This document shows, one piece after another, positions 13,002-25,000 of a stretch of 64,000 nt of DNA. The translations under genes and the position numbers were made by a program. The notes beneath the pieces are model-generated. The model saw nothing but the letters and a program-made list of their open reading frames with translations. It was not told where the DNA came from and ran no database searches. The stretch's first letter is position 1. Each line of letters begins with the position of its first letter. Origin of the DNA: Octopus sinensis (taxonomy: Eukaryota); NCBI RefSeq assembly GCF_006345805.1, contig NC_043014.1:16306001-16370000 (forward strand), read 5' to 3'.

Positions 13002-14903
13002 TAGTTTTATGTTTTTGTTATGTATTGTCTGAATATTTCTTTATCATGCCTAATGCACCTACTATGATAGGAATTGTATCTTTTTTCAGATTCCACATTC
13101 TAGTTACCTCTATTTCCAGGTCTTTGTATTTTGAGAGTTTCTCCATTTCTTTTAGAGACACGTTGTCATAAGCCGGTAATGATACATCAATTAGAAAGCA
13201 TTTTTTTTCTTCATGGTCTCTGACAACTATATCTGGTCTGTTGGCCTTAATTTCTCTATCTGTGTGTATCGGCATATCCCAGAGTATGGTTGCTTTCTCG
13301 TTTTCTGTGACCTTTTCTGGTGTGTGGTCTCTGCTTTCAATCCAGAGCTCTTCAGCCACTGATGGGTTGTTGCTTGGTCTACATCAGCATTTTGGCTTCG
13401 GAGAATATATTGTCCATGCAGGGGCTTCTGGCTCCACCGCCTCTCAATTTGATTCTGCCCGTTCTTTTTTGCAGTCTGCTTGATTCGCTTTGCTTGCTTG
13501 GTAGCAGTGGTTTCCGGCTCTTCATCTGATTCAAGGTTAATGTCTAGTTCCCTTTCGAACTTATAAGCTTCCTTGACAATAGAATGCAGCTTTTTGTTGC
13601 TTTCGTGTTCACGCACAAGTCGCAGCATCCAGTCCTTTGTACTAGATAGGTACCTGTTCATTCCTACAGTAGAGGTCTTATAGCACAGCTCTAATTGCAT
13701 CATTCCTCTCCCCCCGCTGCTTCTAGGTAGGTACAAGCGGTCTACATCTGCCTTAGGGTGGTGCATGCTCCTGGATGTCAGTAACTTTCTTGTCTTCCTG
13801 TCTAAGCGTTGGAGTTCCGTAAGGTTCCAGTTAATGATATTAAAACTGTACTGGACTACTGGAAGTGCCAGGGTGTTAATGGCCTCAATGCAATTTTTGG
13901 AGTTGAGCTCAGTCTTCAGTACAAGCCTTATTCTCCTATAGTATTCCTTTCTTATTTTTTCCTTCATAGTAGCATGATGTATACCATCTCCTTCGTTGAT
14001 TCCTAGGTACTTGTAACTTTCCTGTGGGTCAAGTTCCTTGATGGTAGTGTCAATATCTAATTTAACAGAAGCTGTTTGCTTTAGCACACTTATCAAGGCC
14101 AAAATCCATTCCGATATCATTGCTAAACTTTAACAGTTGTTAGCAGCCCTTCTAGCTCTTGGTCATTCCTGGCAAACAGCTTTAGGTCGTCCATATAGAA
14201 AAGATGGTTTATTAATTTACTAAAAACTTTGTACCCATATCTAGTACTATCCAATTCGTTTGAGAGTGGGATCAGTGCCATGCAAAAAAGTAATGGAGAG
14301 AGGGAGTCACCTTGAAAGATGCCTCGTTTGATGTTGATGCTGTTGGACTGGCTCATCCCATTACTATGGCTTAAAAAGAGACGTGTGTTCCACATGGTCA
14401 TGCTATTCTCTAAGAATTTTGAGACGACAGGAGAGATCTTGTATATCTCAAGGGCCTTGAGTATCCATTTATGTGGGACACTGTCATACGCTTTCCTGTA
14501 GTCTATCCATGCCATACTCAGGTTTTTGTTTTTGCTCCGGCAATTCTCTACAATCATTCTGTTTATGAGCAATTGGTCTTTGCACCCATAAGAGTTTCTT
14601 TTACAACCTTTTTGAGCTTGTGGAAGGATAGAATTTTGTTCAAGGAAAGCGTACATTCTCTCCATTATTATGGATGTGAGGATTTTGTAGGTGGTGTTGA
14701 GACATGTTATTGGCCGGTAATTCTTTGGGTTTTTTGTGTCTTCGGTTTTAGGTAATAGGTAGGTGGTTCCTTCAGTCAGCCAAGCAGGTATTTGCTCTGG
14801 GTTCTGAATGACATCAGACAGAGATGCAGCGAGATGTTCGTGTACCTCTGTCAAACAATTCAGCCAGAAGTTAGGGATCCGATCCAGTCCTGGGGTTTTC
14901 CAT
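12999..14903 (-). mobile_element. long array unit 2 (duplicate of the RT segment of unit 1)
   Basis: Same 5' breakpoint, same internal deletions and same junction (~13324) as 11045-12948. HLFYMDDLKLFA is visible in ORF 14123..14854. Confidence 0.9.
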
Positions 14904-14921
14904 AATTTATTATTATTATTA

Positions 14922-14958
<37 letters not shown>

Positions 14959-15576
14959 TAGTTTTATGTTTTTGTTATGTATTTGTCTGAATATTTCTTT
15001 ATCATGCCTAATGCACCTACTATGATAGGAATTGTATCTTTTTTCAGATTCCACATTCTAGTTACCTCTATTTCCAGGTCTTTGTATTTTGAGAGTTTCT
15101 CCATTTCTTTTAGAGACACGTTGTCATAAGCCGGTAATGATACATCAATTAGAAAGCATTTTTTTTCTTCATGGTCTCTGACAACTATATCTGGTCTGTT
15201 GGCCTTAATTTCTCTATCTGTGTGTATCGGCATATCCCAGAGTATGGTTGCTTTCTCGTTTTCTGTGACCTTTTCTGGTGTGTACCTATACCATCTTTTT
15301 TCTGTTGTTATTCCATAATGTTGACATAGCTTCCAATGTATGTAGGTTCCAACCTTGTCATGTCTCTGAATATATTCCTTCTTAGCCAGGACTGGGCAGC
15401 TAGAGATAATATGATTTATTGTTTCTTGTCCATCTCCACATATTCTGCAGTTACTTGTAATATTTCTTTTCATTACATGTTTTTGGTAATTTCTGGTTGG
15501 GAGGCTTTGGTCTTGTGCTGCAATTAAAAATCCCTCTGTCTCTGCTTTGAGTCCTGAGCTTCTTCTTCTTCTTCTT

Positions 15577-15607
<31 letters not shown>

Positions 15608-15643
15608 TTATTATTTACCGCACACATACACACGCACATACGC

Positions 15644-15676
<33 letters not shown>

Positions 15677-15941
15677 TACTCTTTTACTCGTTTCAGTCAT
15701 TTGACCGCCCCTTTAATTGAGCAACTCGACCCCGGGACCTATTCTTTTGTAAGCCCAGTACTTTTTCTATCGGTCTCTTTTGCCGAACCGCTAAGTAACG
15801 CTAGGGGGACTAACACAGACACACAAGCATACACGCACACACACATATATATATACATATATACGACGGGCTTCTTTCAGTTTCCGTCTACCAAATCCAC
15901 TCACAAGGCATAGGTCGGCCCGGGGCTATAGCAGAAGACAC
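15677..15941 (-). mobile_element. SINE family B, internally deleted and 5'-truncated
   Basis: Matches the full copies at 35656-36044 and 60273-60697, including the internal CA/TA microsatellite. Confidence 0.85.
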
Positions 15942-15944
15942 AGA

Positions 15945-16467
15945 GAAAAAAATCGCATGGATTTAAATCAGAGACTTTTCTCAGACCAAAATTGAATATG
16001 CTCCACGATATGGACAATGTTTGGTTTCAACAGGATGGGGCAACAGCCCACACTTCTCGACGTGCGGAATATGTTCCCTGGTCATTTGATGTCATTGTTT
16101 GTTGACATCGGTTGGCCCGCCCGTTCAACTGATTTAAATCCGTGCGATTTTTTTCTCTGGGGATACCTCAAGTCAAAGGTATACATTAATCACCCTCGAT
16201 CTATTGAACAACTTAAAGATGCAATTCGTCAAGAAATTACTGCCATTCCACATGAAATTACTCGCCGAGTTATTGACAACTTTCGTGAATGCCTTCGACA
16301 GTGTGTGGACAATAATGGATCCCATTTGACTGATTTAATTTTTTAAACATAATGAAACAAAATGGCATTATATGTACTTTTCAAAATTAAAAACACTTTT
16401 TTGTTTCTTTACTTCATTTGCCTTTTATTTAACCTACAGATGTGTCAGATCATTTTGCCTGACCCTG
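15945..16467 (+). mobile_element. Tc1/mariner-superfamily transposase 3' half with right TIR (probably rosa/DD41D-type)
   Basis: WFQQDGATAHT and WPARSTDLNPCDFFLWGYLKSKVY motifs. It ends ...GCCTGACCCTG followed by TA (TIR starts CAGGGT). The D-D spacing fits 41 only if a short deletion is assumed. Confidence 0.8.
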
Positions 16468-16819
16468 TATATGCGTATATCAATCCTAGTATATGACTGG
16501 TATTCATTTTACTAATACAGGAATAATACAGTCAATGTCAGCGCCGTCAGTATTAAACTCGGAATGTAAAGTGAAAGTAAATAGCTATCAGTACGATTCC
16601 ATTAGTGCTCGACTAATTCTAAAGTTGGAACAGATCCAGAAGTTTGTCATTTGAACTGAATATAGCATATAACCGATATTTATAAATTTCTAAATCCTTG
16701 ACGGGGTTAATGGCAAAATGCATGTGAATGTTCCGTATGCTAGAAATGGCAGTTAGTGTCTTTCAAATTACAGCTTACTAATTTTTAATTTTGTGTTTCT
16801 AATTTTGGCTCAAAGCCTG

Positions 16820-17190
16820 CAATTTTTAGGTGGGGTGAAGTCGATGACATCGACTCCAGTGCTCAGCTAGAACTAATTTATCGGCCCCAAAACTATGAAA
16901 GCGGCATTTGAAATCGAAACGCAAATAACAAAAAAAATATTATCAATCATTTTGTCAGATGTGCTAAAATGTAATAATATCTTCAAATTTTGGCACAAGG
17001 TCAGTACTTTTGCTGGAAAGAGGTTGGTTGACTACATCAACCCGAGTGCTCAACTGATAATTATTTTATCGAGCACGAAAAGATGAAAGGTAAAATTAAC
17101 TTGGCGGAATTTGAACACAGAAGGTAAAGAACCGGAAGAAATATTGCTAATCTTTTTGTTCATCTTCATTAACGATTCTGCTACCCCACC
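16820..17190 (-). mobile_element. old SINE family A fragments
   Basis: GTCGATGACATCGACTCCAGTGCTCA and GAAAAGATGAAAGGTAAA..GGCGGAATTTGAAC motifs. Confidence 0.55.
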
Positions 17191-17248
17191 ACCTGATTGC
17201 AGCCTATCATCCTGAAAACGAAAGAAAACGGCAGATAAGTGTTTGTTT

Positions 17249-17294
<46 letters not shown>

Positions 17295-17309
17295 GATGCA
17301 GCACGAAGT

Positions 17310-17360
17310 TTTGTCAGTGTACAAGTCGCGGTCTCAAAGCGACGAAAATATTTTGACAAA
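17310..17360 (+). ncRNA. degenerate hammerhead-like fold
   Basis: Stem I TTTGTCA/TGACAAA, stem II GTCGC/GCGAC, GAAA and palindromic AATATT are present. The core reads GTGTACAA instead of YTGANRA. Confidence 0.4.
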
Positions 17361-17399
17361 TTAAATTAAATGTTGAAGTGAATCTAACGGTTTTTGTGT

Positions 17400-17574
17400 G
17401 TTATATATACATACATACATATATACATACATATACATAAATATATACATATATATATATACATATATACATAAATACATATATATCTATATATATACAT
17501 ATATATACATACATATACACATATATATACAAACATATATACACATACATACATACACATACATACATATATAC

Positions 17575-17631
<57 letters not shown>

Positions 17632-17652
17632 CATATATATATACATACATAC

Positions 17653-17683
<31 letters not shown>

Positions 17684-17704
17684 CATACATATATACATAT
17701 ATAT

Positions 17705-17769
<65 letters not shown>

Positions 17770-17770
17770 T
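17400..17770. repeat. (TA)n/(ATAC)n compound microsatellite
   Basis: Directly visible. Confidence 0.95.
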
Positions 17771-17791
17771 ACTGATTAGAAGATTGAAAAT

Positions 17792-17835
17792 CCACCTGAA
17801 GATTGTCGGTAGCAGACATGAAACATTTGTAGTGG
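17792..17835 (+). ncRNA. minimal type I hammerhead ribozyme (Penelope-like-element/retrozyme type)
   Basis: CCAC-CUGAAGA-U-UGUC(GGUAGCA)GACA-U-GAAA-CA(UU)UG-UA/GUGG. Stem I CCAC/GUGG and a GUA cleavage triplet are present. The 10.1-11.1 position is a U-U mismatch. Confidence 0.7.
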
Positions 17836-17919
17836 CGGTTTATTTAATTTATATTAAAATTTTATGTATTGATTAAGTCTTTCCTTGTTTGGTTTTAAAA
17901 TAGTGGTTTTGTCTCGAAT

Positions 17920-17968
<49 letters not shown>

Positions 17969-17992
17969 TACATACATACATACCTATACATA

Positions 17993-20900
17993 TGGCGCAA
18001 AGAATTGTCTGGCAGCTAACCTGGCTACAGCAAGCACAGAGAAGGAACCCTGCCCACCACTATGCAAGACCACCGCAGTCAATAGACACGGGATTGCCTC
18101 CCCTAACGCCTGCACAGCCGTCACCCCAATACTTTTACTAAATATTGGGGGCCTGTTACATCAAAATAGAAACAAAATTTCTTTCCTGAGAGATCTTACT
18201 GCATGCAATCAAGCCCTATGCATAGCACTTGTGGAAACTCACCTCAACCCTGATATAGAGGACGCAGAAGTACACATACCAAACTATGCTATACTGCGAA
18301 CAGACAGAAGGGAAAGGAGCCATGGTGGAGTTGCTGTATACACCCGAGATGACCTCACACCCCAGGTCTTAATGACATACTCAAATTCGGTATGTGACAC
18401 TTTAACTGTATACGTAAGACAACATAATATAGTCATATGCAATACATATTGCCCACCGGATGCCCCAAATCACACAGGCAAGTTTGAAGATTGCCTCACA
18501 AGAATTAAAGAAATCCTCATGAATCTGGAACACCACGTGACCATATTTCTTATGGGTGATTTCAACTTCTCCAACGTCAAATGGCCCGAAGGTCACATAC
18601 TCTCAGGAATGAATCATTGCAAGCAAGTAAAGCTGGAGTCCCTGCTCAACCTCACCAATGCCTTATTCATGGAGCAAGTTGTACTCAAGCCAACTAGGGC
18701 GAATAACATTCTGGATCTCTGCTTCACGAACAATATGGACATCATTCATGTGAAAGTGAAACCAGCATCAGTTTTGGATCACAACATAATAGAGCTGTCT
18801 ATGTTTGGGCCAAAAGTAACCAGAGACACACAGCCTAAAGGAAGCACCCGAAATCTCTCCAATCTGAACTTCCATAAAGCAGATTGGAAATCGATCCAAA
18901 AAGAGATCCTCAGAGAGGACTGGCCGGAATGTCTCTCCACACCAGATATTGACTTGAAACTAGAATGTTTCATGTCTTCTGTGCAAGCCGTATGCCAGAA
19001 ATATGTCCCAGAGCACAAGGCCAAAACAAATAGGAGCAAAATTCCAAGAGACAGGAAGATCCTCATGAGACGACGGACGAAGGCTGCAAATCGTCTCAAC
19101 CTACATCCCAAAAGTAGCGAAACGTCCCGCCTAAAAACAACACTGATGGAGATCGAAAAAAGGCTGCAACAATCCTATGTGAAGGAGAAAGCAGACAAAG
19201 AAGCCTGGGTTATAAAAAATATTAAATCAAACCCAAAGGCCTTCTTTCATTACGCGAAAGAAACAGTCTCAGTGCACTACAAGATAGGACCCCTCCTCCA
19301 AAAGGATGGCTCCCTCACAGGCAGTCCAACTAAGATCAGTGAGATGCTGAATGACCAGTTCAAAAGTGTCTTTATCACCCTGTTGGAACACAGACAAGTG
19401 AACGAACCAGTGGACTTCTTTGCCGCCTCATCTATAACCAGCGAGGTGGTTACAATAGAATGTATTGACATAAGCGAAAAAGATGTCCTACTAGCCATAG
19501 ATGAAGTGGATGCAAACTCAGCTGCCTGTCCAGATGGTTTCCCAGCCATCCTCCTCAAAGCGTGTAAGCATGCCCTGGCAAAACCCCTCAAGATTCTCTT
19601 CCAGAGCTTTCTTGCGAATGGCAAACTGCCAAGCAAGCTGAAGGAGGGAATAATATGCCCAATACATAAAGGGGGAAGTAGAGCAGATGCCAAAAAACTA
19701 TAAGCCTATCTCTCTGACTTCATACATCAGCAAAGTCATGGAACGGATAGTCAGAAAGAAACTAATCGCATTCCTTGAGGAAAATAACTTGCTCAGTGAT
19801 ACCCAGCATTGTTTTCGACTGGGTAGGAGCTGCCTGACCCAGCTCTTACAACATTATAACTGGGTGTTGAGGCAGTTACTCAACAAATCAAATGTGGACG
19901 TAATCTACCTTGATTTTGCAAAAGTTTTGACAAGGTGGATCATGGTATGATATGCCACAAACTGCATGACCTCGGCATAGCTGGAAAACTTGGAGTGTGG
20001 TTACATGACTTCCTGAAAGATAGGAGTCAGGCAGTAGTGGTTAATGGAGCCACCTCTATGAACACACAAATAGTGAGCGACGTTCCACAGGGCACTGTCT
20101 TGGGACCACTGCTTTTTATAGTGGCCCTCTCAGATATGCTCTCAAATTCCCGGATAGCCACTCAGGCCAGCTATGCAGACGATACGAAAGTCTCGCAGAA
20201 AATACAGAACCCCAGCGATGTTGCACACCTGCAGCAGGAGTTGGACTCAATCTACAGATGGGCTGAGGATAATAATATGCAGTTTAATGCTGAAAAATTC
20301 CAGGCCCTGCACTACCAGCATCCAAAACTGAATATTAAACTTACAGGATACACCAGTCCACAGGGAATTTCAATCCCAGAGCCTAAGTCTGTGAGGGACC
20401 TGAGTATCGACATGAGTGATGATACCTCTTTCCAAGTGCACATTACCAGGATGGCAACAAAGCGCAGACGACTGACTGGGTGGATCCTGAGAACATTCAG
20501 AACCAGAGATAAGGAAACTATGATGGTCCTCTGGTGGACATTCGTCCTCAGCCGCCTGGATTACTGCTCATAGCTGTGGTCACCCACCTGTGTAAAATTA
20601 ACAGCGGACCTTGAAGCAATCCAGAGAAAATTCACAAAGAAGATCGTCTCTTTGCAACAGCTCAGCTACTGGGAAAGGTTGAAACAGCTAAGACTCTACT
20701 CCCTGGAGAGAAGACAGGAGAGGTATGCAGTAATATATGTCTGGATGATCCTGGAAAGAATTGTGCCAAATTTTGGCATTGTAAGCTACACCAATGCTAG
20801 AACGGGACGACACTGCATAGTGCCAAATATCCCAACAATGCCATCACACTTCAGGACTAGCTTCTGCAACAGCCTGGGGTTCAAGGGCCCACAGCTTTTA

Positions 20901-21150
20901 AATATTCTCCCAAAGAGTATGAGGAACTTGCACAAAGTAGATGTAGCAGTTTTTAAATAAAAGCTGGACATCTTCCTGTCGAGAGTCCCAGATGAACCTA
21001 CCTCACGGCAAGAGGTGCAAATGAGAGTAGCTATATCAAACTCCATTCTTCACCAAGCGCCACATATAAGACGAGGTTCTTCGCAATAACAGTGTAGCAC
21101 AAAACGACGGTGCATTATCATGGCCGCAACTCTGAGCTGAAACTAGAGAA
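17993..21150 (+). mobile_element. CR1-clade LINE, 5'-truncated (ORF1 tail + APE-RT ORF2), frameshifted
   Basis: LNIGGL, ETHL, MGDFN, NILDLCF, YLDFAK, VPQGTVLGPLLF, YADDTKV, LSRLDYCS and SYWERLK..LYSLERR motifs. There are several frameshifts and stops, and (TA)n flanks both ends. Confidence 0.92.
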
Positions 21151-21151
21151 A

Positions 21152-21247
<96 letters not shown>

Positions 21248-21346
21248 TATACATACATATATAAACATACATATATACATATATATATATACATACATAT
21301 ATACATACATATATATACATAGATACATACATATATATATTCATAC

Positions 21347-21377
<31 letters not shown>

Positions 21378-21784
21378 CATATATATATACATATATATAT
21401 ATACATATATATACATATATATATACATACAAATATATATATATACATACATATATATAGATACATACATACATATATATATATACATACATACATATAT
21501 ACATACATTCATACATATACATACATACACACATATACATGCATATATACATACATATATATATATACATATACATACATATATACACATATATACATAC
21601 ATATATATATATATACATACAAATAGATATATATACATACATATATATATATACATACATATATATATATACATACATATATATATATATATATACATAC
21701 ATATATATACATATATATATTATACATACATATATATACATATATACATACATATATATATACATACATTTATTTATACATATA
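21151..21784. repeat. (TA)n/(ATAC)n compound microsatellite
   Basis: Directly visible. Confidence 0.95.
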
Positions 21785-22028
21785 CATCATCATCATCATC
21801 ATCGTTTAACGTCCGTTTTCCGCGCTAGCACGGGTTGGACGGTTTCGACCGGGGTCTGGGGAGCTCGGGACTGCCCCAGGCTCCAGTCTAGTCTGGCAGT
21901 GTTTCTACAGCTGGATGCCCTTCCTAACGCCAACCACTCCGCGAGTTTAGTGGGTGTTTTTTACGTGCCACCTGCACAGGTGCCAGAGGGGTCTGGCATC
22001 GGCCACGTTCGGATGGTGCTTTTTTTAT
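21785..22028 (-). mobile_element. SINE/LINE-tail family D with (ATG)n tail, truncated by the satellite
   Basis: Shares CCGTGCTAGC..GGAAA.CGGACG.TAAA(TGA)n and GGTTGGCGTTAGGAAGGGCATCC with 44100-44353 and 50920-51170. Confidence 0.8.
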
Positions 22029-25000
22029 GGGGGGGTGCAGAAATATAGGGGAGAACCAGTGGGAGGGGTGGTTCAGAGGACAGGTACTAGGCAAGTAGAA
22101 CGTAGGATATCGAGAGAGGGGTAATGCATGGTGAAATAGCGTATTGAAGAGGGTGGGTTCAAAGAGTAGACACCTATAATGGTGGTGGGGGGGAGCAGAA
22201 ATATAGGGGAGCACCAGTGGGAGGGGTGGTTCAGAGGACAGGTTCTAGGCAAGTAGAACGTAGGATATCGAGAGAGGGGTAATGCATGGTGAAATAGCGT
22301 ATTGAAGAGGGTGGGTTCAAAGAGTAGACACCTATAATGGTGGTGGGGGGGTGCAGAAGTATAGGGGAGCACCAGTGGGGGGGTGGGTCAGAGGACAGGT
22401 TCTAGGCAATTAGAACGTAGGATCTCGAGAGAGGGGTAATGCATGGTGAAATAGCGTATTGAAGAGGGGGGGTTCAAAGAGTAGACACCTATAATGGTGG
22501 TGGGGCGGTGCAGAAGTATAGGGGAGCACCAGTGGGAGGGGTGGTTCAGAGGACATGTTCTAGGCAAGTAGAACGTAGCATATCGAGAGAGGGGTAATGC
22601 ATGGTGAAATAGCGTATTGAAGAGGGTGGGTTCAAAGAGTAGACACCTATAATGGTGGTGGGGGGGTGCAGAAATATAGGGGAGCACCAGTGGGGGGGTG
22701 GGTCAGAGGACAGGTTCTAGGCAATTAGAACGTAGGATATCGAGAGAGGGGTAATGCATGGTGAAATAGCGTATTGAAGAGGGGGGTTCAAAGAGTAGAC
22801 ACCTATAATGGTGGTGGGGAGGGGTGCAGAAATATAGGGGAGCACCAGTGGGAGGGGTGGTTCAGAGGACAGGTTCTAGGCAAGTAGAACGTAGGATATC
22901 GAGAGAGGGGTAATGCATGGTGAAATAGCGTATTGAAGAGGGTGGTTCAAAGAGTAGACACCTATAATGGTGGTGGTGGGGTTCAGAAATATAGGGGAGC
23001 ACCAGTGGGAGGGGTGGTTCAGAGGACAGGTTCTAGGCAAGTAGAACGTAGGATATCGAGAGAGGGGTAATGCATGGTGAAATAGCGTATTGAAGAGGGA
23101 GGTTCAAAGAGTAGACACCTATAATGGTGGTGGGGAGGTGCAGAAATATAGGGGAGCACCAGTGGGAGGGGTGGTTCAGAGGACAGGTTCTAGGCAAGTA
23201 GAACGTAGGATATCGAGAGAGGGGTAATGCATGGTGAAATAGCGTATTGAAGAGGGGGGTTCAAAGAGTAGACACCTATAATGGTGGTGGGGAGGGTGCA
23301 GAAATATAGGGGAGCACCAGTGGGAGGGGTGGTTCAGAGGACAGGTTCTAGGCAAGTAGAACGTAGGATATCGAGAGAGGGGTAATGCATGGTGAAATAG
23401 CGTATTGAAGAGGGGGGTTCAAAGAGTAGACACCTATAATGGTGGTGGGGGGGTGCAGAAATATAGGGGAGCACCAGTGGGAGGGGTGGTTCAGAGGACA
23501 TGTTCTAGGCAAGTAGAACGTAGGATATCGAGAGAGGGGTAATGCATGGTGAAATAGCGTATTGAAGAGGGGGGTTCAAAGAGTAGACACCTATAATGGT
23601 GGTGGGGGGGGTGCAGAAATATAGGGGAGCACCAGTGGGGGGGTGGTTCAGAGGACAGGTTCTAGGCAATTAGAACGTAGGATATCGAGAGAGGGGTAAT
23701 GCATGGTGAAATAGCGTATTGAAGAGGGGGGTTCAAAGAGTAGACACCTATAATGGTTGTGGGGAGGGGTGCAGAAATATAGGGGAGCACCAGTGGGAGG
23801 GGTGGTTCAGAGGACAGGTTCTAGGCAAGTAGAACGTAGGATATCGAGAGAGGGGTAATGCATGGTGAAATAGCGTATTGAAGAGGGGGGTTCAAAGTGT
23901 AGACACCTATAATGGTGGTGGGGGGGTGCAGAAATATAGGGGAGCACCAGTGGGAGGGGTGGTTCAGAGGACAGGTTCTAGGCAAGTAGAACGTAGGATA
24001 TCGAGAGAGGGGTAATGCATGGTGAAATAGCGTATTGAAGAGGGGGGTTCAAAGAGTAGACACCTATAATGGTGGTGGGGAGGTGCAGAAATATAGGGGA
24101 GCACCAGTGGGAGGGGTGGTTCAGAGGACAGGTTCTAGGCAAGTAGAACGTAGGATATCGAGAGAGGGGTAATGCATGGTGAAATAGCGTATTGAAGAGG
24201 GGGGTTCAAAGAGTAGACACCTATAATGGTGGTGGGGGGGGTGCAGAAATATAGGGGAGCACCAGTGGGAGGGGTGTGTTCAGAGGACAGGTTCTAGCAA
24301 GTAGAACGTAGGATATCGAGAGAGGGGGTAATGCATGGTGAAATAGCGTATTGAAGAGGGCGGTTCAAAGAGTAGACACATATAATGGTGGTGGTGGGGG
24401 GGGTGCAGAAATATAGGGGAGCACCAGTGGGAGGGGTGGTTCAGAGGACAGGTTCTACGCAAGTAGAACGTAGGATATCGAGAGAGGGGTAATGCATGGT
24501 GAAATAGCGTATTGAAGAGGGGGGTTCAAAGAGTAGACACCTATAATGGTGGTGGGGAGGGGCAGAAATATAGGGGAGCACCAGTGGGAGGGGTGTTCAG
24601 AGGACAGGTTCTAGGCAAGTAGAACGTAGTAGGATATCGAGAGAGGGGTAATGCATGGTGAAATAGCGATTGAAGAGGGGTGTTCAAATAGTAGACACCT
24701 ATAATGGTGGTGGGGGGGTGCAGAAATATAGGGGAGCACCAGTGGGAGGGGTGTTTCAGAGGACAGGTTCTAGGCATGTAGAACGTAGGATATCGAGAGA
24801 GGGGTAATGTATGGTGAAATAGCGTATTGAAGAGGGGGGTTCAAAGTGTAGACACCTATAATGGTGGTGGGGGGGGGTGCAGAAATATAGGGGAGCACCA
24901 GTGGGAGGGGTGGTTCAGAGGACAGGTTCTAGGCAAGTAGAACGTAGGATATCGAGAGAGGGGTAATGCATGGTGAAATAGCGTATTGAAGAGGGAGGTT

